DNA from: a virus
Direction: 5' to 3' (one strand)
Length of the DNA: 64,000 nt
Virus record (IMG/VR): IMGVR_UViG_3300044623_001092
Both the position numbers and the translations under genes were made by a program. Below, piece by piece: positions 10,301 to 19,600 of this stretch. The notes beneath the pieces were generated by a model. It saw only the letters and a program-made list of their open reading frames with translations, was not told the DNA's origin and did not search any database. Positions within the stretch are counted from its first letter, which is position 1, and each line of letters opens with the position of its first letter.

Positions 10301-12120
10301 TCATTAAACTTAATGTCATACGGTGGAAACCACATAACACGTCCACCATTTGGACCTCTTTCACATACAGGCAAATCACTTACTCGGAACCCATCACGTC
10401 CTGAAGTTCTCCAAGCTAAATTCTCAATTGAGAACATATATTTTTTAGCGTAACCCCCAGCATCATTCCAACCCGTTCCAGCAACAATATTTGATGACCC
10501 AGGATTCTTTAACGGAGCAATATTAAGGTTAAACGTATTATCTAATACAGAATTATTAAATTGTCGACCTGAAGTAGTAATACCATCAGTTTTTTGTAAA
10601 TCGGAGTAAGTATAATACGGTGTATCTTTAGCAAATACTCGACAATATTCAACCCCCGCCTCAGCACCTGTCGTATTATCTGTATATGATACAACTTGAG
10701 AACCTTTAGTCATTTCTTTATAACCATCATTAAACACTTTGGAAACTTGATTAATTGCGTTACCAACATGTTTTAATCTATTTGGACCCGTAACGTTATC
10801 CGCAGAATTAATTAATTTTTGAGTATTATCAAGTATTGAATCATTTTTTAATTTTAAATTAGTCGATTCATTGCTTTGATATTTAGAACTAATAATATTA
10901 AATTCTTCATCAACACCACCTGTTCCACCACCAACTGTTGGACGAAATCCAGCATTACCTTTATACTTTGGTGATGTCCAAACAAAATTACCATCAATAC
11001 TTTTACCATCACCATTTAAACCAAAATTTAAAGTACTAATGTTACCCTCATATAATTTAGAAATCTCATCAGGACCATAAACAGGTGCCAATACTTGTTT
11101 ACCACTAGAGTTAACAGGAATTTGATTTGCTGGTGAAGTAATTTGAGATGGGTCTGAATTTGGACTACCGATATAAAAACTACTTGTTACCGTACCATTA
11201 GGATTTATAGCATTAGCAATACTATTAACTAATCCGACAACCGCACCTATAGGTCCACCAATTTCTGAGTCATAATTAGGTGAATATTTATTATAATATA
11301 AATTGGCAAATAAAGCCGACTTTTGACCATTACCCGTATTAGCTAAAAATATTTGTGAAGGGTTTCTTTTTAAATTTAAAATAGGTCCAAGTAATCCTCC
11401 CGTTAAATCATTAACGGTACTTAAAGCTCCCGAAGTTTGTGACGTTGGTAAACTATTATTAGTATTTTCTTCAAAATAATCACCAGGGATAAATGAAACG
11501 GGCCAATAAGCCCCCGCAAGTCTTGTGGCGAAATCCGCCGCCGCGATTATAGGATTTTCAGGAATTGTTATCTTCCAATTTCTATAAATTAATGGTTGTT
11601 GTCCTGTGGCGATTAAGGCAGCTTGAAATGGGTCTTGTAATGAACTTAAATTAACAACACCAACAGTACTTTGGTATATTTCAAAATTTATTCTATCTTC
11701 AAACGCTTTCTTTAAAAAAGTCGCACCTAATTTAGCTAGATAAGAATCTTGAGATAATGAACCATCAGAACCTGTTGGATTATTATTAAGTAATATTGAA
11801 TATGGTGTATATTTTGACGGTAAAAAACTTTCTAAGTATGGACCTTGATTTGGTGCGTTATTTAACACCTGAAAATCATACATACTTAAATTGTACCCAC
11901 CGTTAGGACCAAAACCATTAATAACATAATAATTAGTCGGAGACAAAATATTAAGATTATTAGGGGAATCAATTACACTAAAATTACTTAAACTTGTTTC
12001 ATAATTAATAGCACCACTTGGTGGACTATAAGTACCTGTAACACTATAGGGACTTAAATTTTTTACAATTAAAGTATTTCTAAAACTTGTCGTAGATGCA
12101 AATGATAATGGACTTGGCAT
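7318..12120 (-). CDS. baseplate/tube-initiator-like protein with inserted OmpA-like peptidoglycan-binding domain
   Basis: 1600 aa; tube-like fold halves WFPPYDIKFNDS..W..IGRPEPIYTY and PVLVLRIGDFY..LSFTYD flank GSAS..YNKSLSERRISSV..RRVNI (OmpA_C-like). Confidence 0.6.
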   Translation of the reverse strand: MPSPLSFASTTSFRNTLIVKNLSPYSVTGTYSPPSGAINYETSLSNFSVIDSPNNLNILSPTNYYVINGFGPNGGYNLSMYDFQVLNNAPNQGPYLESFLPSKYTPYSILLNNNPTGSDGSLSQDSYLAKLGATFLKKAFEDRINFEIYQSTVGVVNLSSLQDPFQAALIATGQQPLIYRNWKITIPENPIIAAADFATRLAGAYWPVSFIPGDYFEENTNNSLPTSQTSGALSTVNDLTGGLLGPILNLKRNPSQIFLANTGNGQKSALFANLYYNKYSPNYDSEIGGPIGAVVGLVNSIANAINPNGTVTSSFYIGSPNSDPSQITSPANQIPVNSSGKQVLAPVYGPDEISKLYEGNISTLNFGLNGDGKSIDGNFVWTSPKYKGNAGFRPTVGGGTGGVDEEFNIISSKYQSNESTNLKLKNDSILDNTQKLINSADNVTGPNRLKHVGNAINQVSKVFNDGYKEMTKGSQVVSYTDNTTGAEAGVEYCRVFAKDTPYYTYSDLQKTDGITTSGRQFNNSVLDNTFNLNIAPLKNPGSSNIVAGTGWNDAGGYAKKYMFSIENLAWRTSGRDGFRVSDLPVCERGPNGGRVMWFPPYDIKFNDSSQANWNPTSFIGRPEPIYTYKDTSRTGSLSWKIVVDHPSVLNLIVNHQLKDASSERTNSIIESFFAGCAKFDLYTLALKYNKVPVSELEQIQNALNNPRLTPEELSTLKQSIPAQNTSTGGNAASTGDPQKTSTTSDTAAKEFENKYKDFSFYFENDIPKTSGTNYKGTYDVYTSDSNIDNYYNKSKVTFDEGNINRNTDAFFNLIKWNYETITKTDGFIVEAYNLLKSKTLKSITITMVGSASAVASVDYNKSLSERRISSVKEFFKTTKIGEANLGEFMVAGKEQFKVVSATAKGEIETVIVPKGDGGSGESIDCHIDISGSTGVSNAVSQKYALSAMACRRVNIKNITAEPMPPPPPPVIEKPETIENKITPLKPQPTKDVSKTFKEGLSKKVLRALLSECDYFDMIKENDPMIYSSFKEKIKYFNPAFHSMTPEGLNSRITFLNQCVRPGDTIPVIGPDGKPVYNDATNTSFGSAPVLVLRIGDFYHTKIIPNNLSFTYDPLLFDMNPEGIGVQPMIVEVSLGFNIIGGMGLKGPVDQLQNALSFNYYANTEIYDERATATEDTSALDKKIFDSIVANSSNGKNETVNNQQPNKGGTPIGEIKTTPATIGDTGEILYGKVMDSLLDVSTKYYTNIPNQMEKVVLQYNYGTLQMMNNIGTRQYTDGTIGVVNRTNIIYGKPDITEQTKTLFEKVITFIKVGNVNPIIGYILDDKNIDDGTVGMTLLRQNMEQYVNNMVSDYNSGLSTIIGDMVSQQNELLGLIRQLNLVKTKTDGIIKDGLTPEVYNLSGSTKQGDVSSTSIAANTFIEFETDYDKLPKSLEDFYKLLKTKKLIIEDFNIGDGEPFKPLTDISNVLFFMVMARVLTDSSKLQGFKDFVISGPLTNDVNKKIKKYFNKICDKLSDDYLKELKKEEKLISDFKKDKEYTKYTTGISEVMYPKGKVRRMDYNTIKDDTNNEVQEQTLKNIYGTTNYGSDATVLSTFDGKITI

Positions 12121-12134
12121 TTTTATTATTTTAA

Positions 12135-12142
12135 TATAAATA
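12135..12142 (-). promoter_or_regulatory. late promoter motif TATTTATA
   Basis: 14 nt upstream of ATG 12120. Confidence 0.6.
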
Positions 12143-12158
12143 GATTATCGAACTGTTT

Positions 12159-14051
12159 TTAAACAGTTAATCCGTTGTTAGTTAACGTTTCTTTTAATTT
12201 TTTACTTAACGCTTGTAATGTATCAGTTTTATTTAATACTTCCATTACTTTAGTTTCAGAAAGATTCCCACCATCAATCTTGATTGATAATGTAATATCG
12301 TGAGTATTTTTATTTTCATTTACCGTACCATTTGATTGTGAATTCATAGGTTGATTCAACATATTTAATTTCTCCAAAAATTCAGGACCTTTGGTCATTG
12401 CGAATATCGAATCTTGAGGTAATGTTTTAACAGTTTTTCCAGGCATTTTTATCATATCATCAACTTTTTCAATAGCATGTGTACTCTGAGGTTGAACATC
12501 TATTTTTGCGTTGTCAGTCACACCATCTTTTTTAATCGTTGAAAAATTAAACGTATCAGTTATTATTGTATTAAGATTTTGAAATGTTTTGGTAAATGCA
12601 CCATCAACATATTCCCCAAAACCTTTCATTGTTGTAGTTAACGCATCAAAATTAAGTTTACCACCTTTAAATGATTCCGCTAAACCACCAGTTGTTAGAT
12701 TTAATTGTTCTCTAAGTTGAGTTGTAGTAGTACCCGCGTTTTTATCATCAAACGCATCCGCCAATTTTTGTGAACCTTCTTTAGCACCTTTTAATACTTT
12801 ACTTGTCGCTTTAGCTCCCGCAAATGCGTATTGTGTTTTACTTTCGATTGTTTTTAAACTTGCCGCCATCGCAGTTGAAACACTTAATTGGTCTTTAGCT
12901 AACTCAGTAATGTCTTTAGGTTTTTGTGATTCAAAAAACGATTTTCTTTCATCCTCACCCATACTACTAATTGACTGCATAGCTTCTTCCATATTTAAAG
13001 ACTTACCATCAAGTGTCATTTTGTACTCACCACCAGCACTCATTTCAGACATGTTAGCTATCATTGTTTTTTCTTCTTCAGTGAAATTTCCTGAAAAACG
13101 AATCTTAGACATTTTATCACCAAGTTCCGCACTACTTAACGCCATCTTCGCTAAACTTCCTTGTGTCATACCTAATGCCGATTCAACCTCCATCATTTGA
13201 CGTTTAGCCCCTGGCATAATTTCAAATTGACCTTTTTCATTTAAAGTCGTAAATTGTTTTGACATTTCAACAATTTGATTTTGTAATTCAGCTGGGTCAT
13301 TTTGAGCTAAATCCATTAAACGAAGTGGGTCTAATAAATCTGACTGTGCAACACCTAATCTTTGTAATGATGCCGCCATCTCAATCGCTGATTCAGGATT
13401 GAATGCTTTATCAATTGTATTTCCAATATCACGAATATTAATCCTCATATTAACCGCCTGAGCCGCCATTTTAGCAAGACCATCCACACCCCCTTGAAAT
13501 GTGTATTTATTCATCAGGTCAAGATTTTGAGCGACTTGACCACCTACTTTTTCAGCACTCACCCCAATTTCTCGAGCCCTATCCATGATTTTTTGAACTT
13601 GACTAGTTGATTGATATAAAGAAATACCAACGTCTTTAAGTCCTGTAATTAATGAGTCAGATTGACCAGGTAATACTTGTTGAATAGCAAATAAATCTTT
13701 ATATGATTCTGTTGTAAGAACTAAATTTCTACCAACACTTTCAGAAACATTCTTTTGTATTTCAAGAATATTTTCAAAACCACCACCTAATTTAGTAACC
13801 TCAACAACGGCATCAGACATACTGATTTTTAAGTTGTCAATTTGGGCTCTACCTTGACCAAATTTTTTAATGACTTCAGATGTTTTATCATCAACATCAA
13901 TAATAACATTCATGATTTTAGTAGGGTCGATAGCGTCCTTAAACGCTTGACCTAATTTTTGACCTATATCAGTAAGACCTTCACTAATTTTTTTCGTTGT
14001 GTTATTAACACCGTCACCAACACCGTCATTAGTTTGAAAAAAGAAACCCAT
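12159..14051 (-). CDS. tail tape measure protein
   Basis: 630 aa, helical and Ala/Gln/Met-rich; canonical position after tube and chaperone genes. Confidence 0.7.
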   Translation of the reverse strand: MGFFFQTNDGVGDGVNNTTKKISEGLTDIGQKLGQAFKDAIDPTKIMNVIIDVDDKTSEVIKKFGQGRAQIDNLKISMSDAVVEVTKLGGGFENILEIQKNVSESVGRNLVLTTESYKDLFAIQQVLPGQSDSLITGLKDVGISLYQSTSQVQKIMDRAREIGVSAEKVGGQVAQNLDLMNKYTFQGGVDGLAKMAAQAVNMRINIRDIGNTIDKAFNPESAIEMAASLQRLGVAQSDLLDPLRLMDLAQNDPAELQNQIVEMSKQFTTLNEKGQFEIMPGAKRQMMEVESALGMTQGSLAKMALSSAELGDKMSKIRFSGNFTEEEKTMIANMSEMSAGGEYKMTLDGKSLNMEEAMQSISSMGEDERKSFFESQKPKDITELAKDQLSVSTAMAASLKTIESKTQYAFAGAKATSKVLKGAKEGSQKLADAFDDKNAGTTTTQLREQLNLTTGGLAESFKGGKLNFDALTTTMKGFGEYVDGAFTKTFQNLNTIITDTFNFSTIKKDGVTDNAKIDVQPQSTHAIEKVDDMIKMPGKTVKTLPQDSIFAMTKGPEFLEKLNMLNQPMNSQSNGTVNENKNTHDITLSIKIDGGNLSETKVMEVLNKTDTLQALSKKLKETLTNNGLTV

Positions 14052-14071
14052 ATTAATTTAAATTGTTATAA

Positions 14072-14079
14072 TATAAATA
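14072..14079 (-). promoter_or_regulatory. late promoter motif TATTTATA
   Basis: 20 nt upstream of tape measure ATG. Confidence 0.6.
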
Positions 14080-14096
14080 CACCAAAGAATATTTTA

Positions 14097-14259
14097 CTAA
14101 TCCTTTGGTGTATTGTCTTCGATGATTTTATCTATCAAATATTTCCTAATATAGGTTGGGATATTTAAATAGTCAGTATACGACATCCTTAAAAATCTCG
14201 CTAAGATATAGAACTCATCTATTAAATATTTTACGTAATCAGAAGAAAGGGCGAAAAAA
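14097..14259 (-). CDS. tail assembly chaperone T-frame (gp51/gpT-like), probably reached by frameshift
   Basis: EFYILARFLRMSYTDYLNIPTYIRKYLIDKI lies in the +1 frame overlapping the chaperone 3' end, directly before the tape measure gene; in-frame ATG at 14279 is an alternative start. Confidence 0.6.
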
Positions 14260-14997
14260 CTCAGCCCCAAAGGATACATCAAATGTTACCTTTTCTCCAG
14301 ACGGGGCTATTACTTCCCTCTTTAAATCTAAAGAAGGTTGATTATTGTTAATAAAATTTCGGATATGTTTAGAATCCATAATAGGTAATGTATCAATAAA
14401 TTTTGAAATATACCCTCTGTCATTATTTCCATTAACAGATATAATTAATTTATTTAATCTCCAAGTAATTTTTGGGGGAATTAATCCAACAGGATATTCT
14501 TCCGCTTGTCTATCTAATTCAACTATTTCATTAAATGTTAATGGTCTTAATTGAACGGTCATTTCAGTTTTAGGTAATGTTGTTGTATATAAACCATTTT
14601 CATCAGGTTTATGTTCAGTTTGTTTAATATTTAACGACTCCAAATATTCTGTGTGTGGAAAATATTTATTAGTCGAGGGGTCTAATAATTGAACACTATA
14701 TTCAGAACCAAATGATGTGTTTCTTAAAAAGATTAAGATAGCTTCAACATCACCTTCTAAAAGTTCATCAGGTCTTAAATCAGGTTCATATATTTTATTT
14801 CTCAATAACCCAATTACAATATTTTCTTTTGAATTTCGATTAGAATTCAATAAGTAATTTTCATCGTTCGCAGTTAAATAACCAACTTTAACCGATTTTT
14901 TCTTTGATTTATAAAAAATACCACCACTAGGTAATGTTACCACATCATGTGGTAAGTTAAAATTTTCTTGTCCAGCTTGCATTAAACTTTGTTCCAT
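14239..14997 (-). CDS. baseplate hub/tail assembly chaperone (T4 gp26-like / gpG-like)
   Basis: VTLPSGG..Y, LTANDE, GDVEAILIFLR..SFGSEY, ends EFFRPFF; lies between tube and tape measure. Confidence 0.7.
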   Translation of the reverse strand: MEQSLMQAGQENFNLPHDVVTLPSGGIFYKSKKKSVKVGYLTANDENYLLNSNRNSKENIVIGLLRNKIYEPDLRPDELLEGDVEAILIFLRNTSFGSEYSVQLLDPSTNKYFPHTEYLESLNIKQTEHKPDENGLYTTTLPKTEMTVQLRPLTFNEIVELDRQAEEYPVGLIPPKITWRLNKLIISVNGNNDRGYISKFIDTLPIMDSKHIRNFINNNQPSLDLKREVIAPSGEKVTFDVSFGAEFFRPFF

Positions 14998-15046
14998 ATA
15001 AATTACTTTTATTTTAAATATAATTGGTAACTTGTTTTAATAAACA

Positions 15047-15080
15047 CAAAAAAATCCACGCAAACCAAATTACGTGGATT
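15047..15080 (-). terminator. intrinsic terminator after tail tube gene
   Basis: minus strand AATCCACGTA-loop-TGCGTGGATT followed by a T run. Confidence 0.7.
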
Positions 15081-15101
15081 ATTAAATTTAATATTTTTAT
15101 C

Positions 15102-15590
15102 TTAGTATATTAAGACACATCTATCAGGACGTAGAGTTGCATTAATCTCTGCAACACCATCTGTACTATATCCTAAAGAACCAAAGTCAACATCAGATAA
15201 CCAAGCACCTTGAAGTAACCATTTTTCAACAACAACTCCTGTTGGGTCTAACATTTCTAAGTAAACGTCTTTTTTATAACCTGCAGCATATCCCATACGA
15301 CCTGTAACAGACTCAGCACATAAACGTACCCACTCCATTAACGCTTGAGACGCTGAAGGTCCAATCGGGTCACGGAATTTAACACTGATTGTTCCCCAAG
15401 TAAATCTACCCGCAACATAAGTTGATGTATTTAAAAATTGGATTTCAGTTGCCGCAATAGTTAATTTAGGTCTAGCAGTTGATTCAACGAACCATTCATT
15501 AATACCTAGTGAAGAATCAAACCTTAATATAAACCTATTTTGTCTTTTTGGTTCATAAGGAAGCGGCATTTTCATTAGTAAATCAGCCAT
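15102..15590 (-). CDS. tail tube protein (T4 gp19-like)
   Basis: YEPKRQNRF, YVAGRFTW, LMEWVR, GYAAGYKKD, LDPTGVVVEKW.LQGAW; downstream of sheath. Confidence 0.88.
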   Translation of the reverse strand: MADLLMKMPLPYEPKRQNRFILRFDSSLGINEWFVESTARPKLTIAATEIQFLNTSTYVAGRFTWGTISVKFRDPIGPSASQALMEWVRLCAESVTGRMGYAAGYKKDVYLEMLDPTGVVVEKWLLQGAWLSDVDFGSLGYSTDGVAEINATLRPDRCVLIY

Positions 15591-15625
15591 ATTTATTTAT
15601 TTTAATTTTTGTTTATGTTTTTATT

Positions 15626-15633
15626 TATAAATA
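15626..15633 (-). promoter_or_regulatory. late promoter motif TATTTATA
   Basis: 35 nt upstream of tail tube ATG. Confidence 0.6.
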
Positions 15634-15754
15634 TCCCTTGAATAATTTTTCTATTTACTTCCAGAATTTAAAAAATTATTATTCTAGTATAAAAATTAGT
15701 TCTAGTTTATTATTTTAATATTATTTTATTTATTAACTTTATTTAATAAATATA

Positions 15755-16576
15755 TTAATAAGGCTTTTTAGTTCCTCCATGCGTTGAAATTGTTTTAATT
15801 ATATTTTCTGGGTCATCCCCAAAATGTGATTTTACCTTATCAAGATTTCTTAAATCGTCATCCGAAAACCCTATTTGAGGTACAAAATTATTACTAATTT
15901 CATTTTTAAGAAATGCTTTCTTTTTTAAGAATTTTGACATTTCTTTAATATAATTAACAAATTCTGTTAATGCGTCAATCTTACCTTGTTCAGGATTAGT
16001 AGCTGAACCACTTCCATAAGTTACAGGATAAAATTTACATAAATCAAGATATTCCTCAATCATTTCTTTTTTTGACATATCACCATATCCCGCTAAATCA
16101 CGATATTTTTCTAAATTTTTAACTAATTCATTTGAATTAATACCTTTATGATTACTAGCTATAAAATTATAAACACTATCTTTAATTACTGAAGGTGTAT
16201 GTCCTCTAGCGGTAACTATTGAAAATATTGACCCATTATTGATTGCCTCAACAAAATCAGGCCATGCTGGACCTAACTTCGCTAACATTGAATCAATCAC
16301 AAAGTTTTTATCACCTTCTGTTGTGAAATATCTGAAAGGATTTGATGCAAAACCAACAATAGTATGTCCATCATACTCAAAAGGTTCCTTACTGTCTAAA
16401 TTACCTCTATAATGAGCAAAATCTTCTGTACTCATCGGTACTTCATTTCCGTTTTCATCTTTTAAAATGATTTTGGTTGGCATTTCTAAAATATTATCAT
16501 CCCAATCGAATGCGTAGTATTTCATATCAGGTGTACCTGTATCGTCAAAACCTTCACGTAATCTTTTTCTATTCAT
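15755..16576 (-). CDS. HAD-superfamily hydrolase
   Basis: motif I FDWDDNI, motif II VTARGH, Lys motif GK, motif IV FSDDD..N. Confidence 0.65.
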   Translation of the reverse strand: MNRKRLREGFDDTGTPDMKYYAFDWDDNILEMPTKIILKDENGNEVPMSTEDFAHYRGNLDSKEPFEYDGHTIVGFASNPFRYFTTEGDKNFVIDSMLAKLGPAWPDFVEAINNGSIFSIVTARGHTPSVIKDSVYNFIASNHKGINSNELVKNLEKYRDLAGYGDMSKKEMIEEYLDLCKFYPVTYGSGSATNPEQGKIDALTEFVNYIKEMSKFLKKKAFLKNEISNNFVPQIGFSDDDLRNLDKVKSHFGDDPENIIKTISTHGGTKKPY

Positions 16577-16592
16577 TTTATTTTCTTTTTAA

Positions 16593-16600
16593 TATAAATA
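16593..16600 (-). promoter_or_regulatory. late promoter motif TATTTATA
   Basis: 16 nt upstream of HAD gene. Confidence 0.6.
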
Positions 16601-16629
16601 AGCCGACACTTAAAAAAATGTCGGCTTAT
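16598..16629 (-). terminator. hairpin/terminator after tail sheath, overlapping the next late promoter
   Basis: perfect 11-bp inverted repeat ATAAGCCGACA / TGTCGGCTTAT with 10-nt loop. Confidence 0.65.
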
Positions 16630-16640
16630 ATTACTTCTTA

Positions 16641-19600
16641 TTAAATATTCTCAAACGATGCTCCCGTCGGTGTAATATAGAATGTTATATCTATAAATTC
16701 TAACGACTTAGTTGGTTTAATGTAGATTTTACCTGTCATTTGGTTTCTATCTAAATCCGCAGTGTCTGAAGAAACTGTTACACGGAAATCGTATAAACCT
16801 CTATCTCTTCGGATAGCGTCCAATATTGGATTCACCGCATTTAAGAAATCTTGTCTTACTTTATCATCGTTTTGTTCGAATAACAATCTCACCGAAACCG
16901 CTGAAATCAATTTACGAGCTTGTAATAACAATCTTCTTACGTTTATTCTGTCAAGCGCTGACTCTTTAATTTGAAGAGTTTTATTACCCCAAATTACCGT
17001 ACCAACATCTGAGAAGGTTGCGATTGGGTTAATTCTTCCTTTGTAAAGAACGTCTCTATCTTCTTGAGTCAGTTTCTTACGTGCTTTGATAGCACTAACT
17101 ATACCTCTTGTGTAACCCGCAGCCGCGAACCAAGGGAACGCTACGTTATCGGTTAACGCTAAGTTTTTAGTTACTTCACCTGTTGGTGGTAAGTAGATTT
17201 GTGTATTATTAACAGTATCTCTTACTAAAATCCATGGGTAATAAGTAGCCGTGTAGTTAGAGTCAACTCCCGCAGTTTCTAAATTATCTACCGCCTCTTG
17301 TGGTAAAATCATATCAATTGGGTCACCTAATGATGGTGTAAACAAGTTATAATCAGGTGTTGTTGTAATATAAACAGAATCCGCTCTATCAAACTCAATC
17401 ATTTCGACTGCACTTCCAACCAAGTCTGAGTTATTTACATAATCAATACCAGGTGTTACAAATACGTTGATGTTAACCGCTTCAGGATTAGAGAATGTTT
17501 GAATCCCTAATAAGTAAGCGTAGTAGTCAGTATTTGCGTAATCAACTCTGTTTTGACCAACAGTAATTTGTTTAAATGCACCCCAACCTGTTGCCGTAGG
17601 ATATTTTAATGTTGGACAAGAACCTTTTAAGTAACCTGTTCTACCTAACACATATCTGTCAGAGTTTGTTCTATATTCTCTATAGATATCCCATCCGTCA
17701 AACCCTCCACTAACTAAGAAAGAGAATTTTCTAGCATATAATCTGTAGTATGGGTTATTTTCATCGTCAGGGTCTGAACTAAATTCTGCATCACCACAAA
17801 CGAATTCAGGAGTACCACTTGTTGAAAACGCGTTTGGTATTGTTATAACGATAGCGTTTTTATCCATATGGAATCCTTTAGTTCTATAAGACCATTCAGG
17901 ACCTGTAACCGCATCACATACTGATGTGCTTGGTATTTGTTTACCTTTATATTGGTAGAAATCTGTGTCAATACCAACAGTATCTGAGATACCTAAGTAA
18001 GTTCTTCTAATATTGTCACCAGAACTTCTTGAAACTGCGTTCGCACCTGTTGATAAACCAAATGGTGGGTCAAAAACAACTTCACCTGGAAAATCGTATT
18101 TAGATTTAATTAATGGGAATGGTGAACGACTTCCAGCGTATTCTCTTGTTGTGAATCCTTTGAATCCACATGGTAATGCGTCAATCGGTGCGTCTTCATT
18201 AAGTTCAATCATTAAATATTTTGAATTCAATTGGTATTCACCATCAGATGTTCCAACTTTTTTACCAATGTAATTGTTATCATTTGGGTTCATATTACAG
18301 TTAGTGAATTTCTCAATAACTACAGGGTTATTATCAGTATCGAAGAAATCTCTAACTAATACGTCAAATGTTCCGTTGTTAAATGAGATATTCGAGATAG
18401 AAATTTTTACTTCTGTATTAGCGTCTTCACCATCAGAAATTGTAACAAATTTAAATAAGTCAAATACTTTAGAACCTCTCAACTCAGAAACAACCCATGG
18501 GGATACTGGTGATTGGTATTTCTCTAAATAGAAACCGATTGAACTATTACTTTCACTTCTTGCGGAATCTAATGCGTTTAATTCACAACTTAAACCTCTA
18601 ACATAACCTTTTCTATATGCGTTAATTAATAAAGTTGCGTATGACTCCTCAACAAATAATGGAATAGATTCTCTGTCTTTACCAAAATTCGATTTACCAA
18701 AAACTTTACTAATGTATTTTGAATCTGAAGTAGATAATGAAGTCTCGAAGAATAAATTAGTTCCGTCCGCTTTAGTAACATTTAAACCAAACGTTGAGAA
18801 TGGGTTTTTAGTAACACCTGAATAACCACCTGTACATACCATACCAACATCTGTTAAACCTGATACTTCATAAACCGCACCATTGTCACTACCATAAGTT
18901 GCTAAACCTCTTGAACGCATTGTTGCGATAACTAAATCATCGTAATCAGTGTACGCAGTTCCTGAGTAAACATAAACTCTACCCACTAAAGTACCTGTAT
19001 AACAATGAACAGGTTTTGCGGTTGTAGTAGTTGTAGTTGTTGTTGGAACAGGTGTAACACATGGATTTGTTGTTGTTGTAGTTGTTGTTGGATTAATTAT
19101 TGTTGTTGTAGTTGTAACAGGTATTAATGATAAAGTTGTAACAAATGACCAAAAAGAATAACCTGTATAAGACCCACTACCGATATTATCAAATAATGCG
19201 TAGTACCAAGAATCATTTTGAGGTGCCGTGTAAACCGCACTTAACGAATCAATACCGTCAACATCAAATACGTTAGTTGAACCAGTGAATGCTGATAAAG
19301 TAACATAGTCAGAATGAGGTATAGTACCATAATAATTAATTGAACTTAATTCTGTTGTTGGTTCATTTAATATATTAAAAATTTGTAGTTTAATATCAGT
19401 ATTTAATGTTGAAATACTATTATCAAAATTTTCATACGGTAAATTAAGTTTAGATGCAATTTCATCAGGAAATTGTGTTGGGTCTAAGAACGTGATACCG
19501 TCAATACTATTATTACATCCTGAGAAATCAATTGCAAAATCAATCGTTTTGAAATCGACACATTCTGTAACACAATCAACTGTTGTTGCACTTTCACAAA

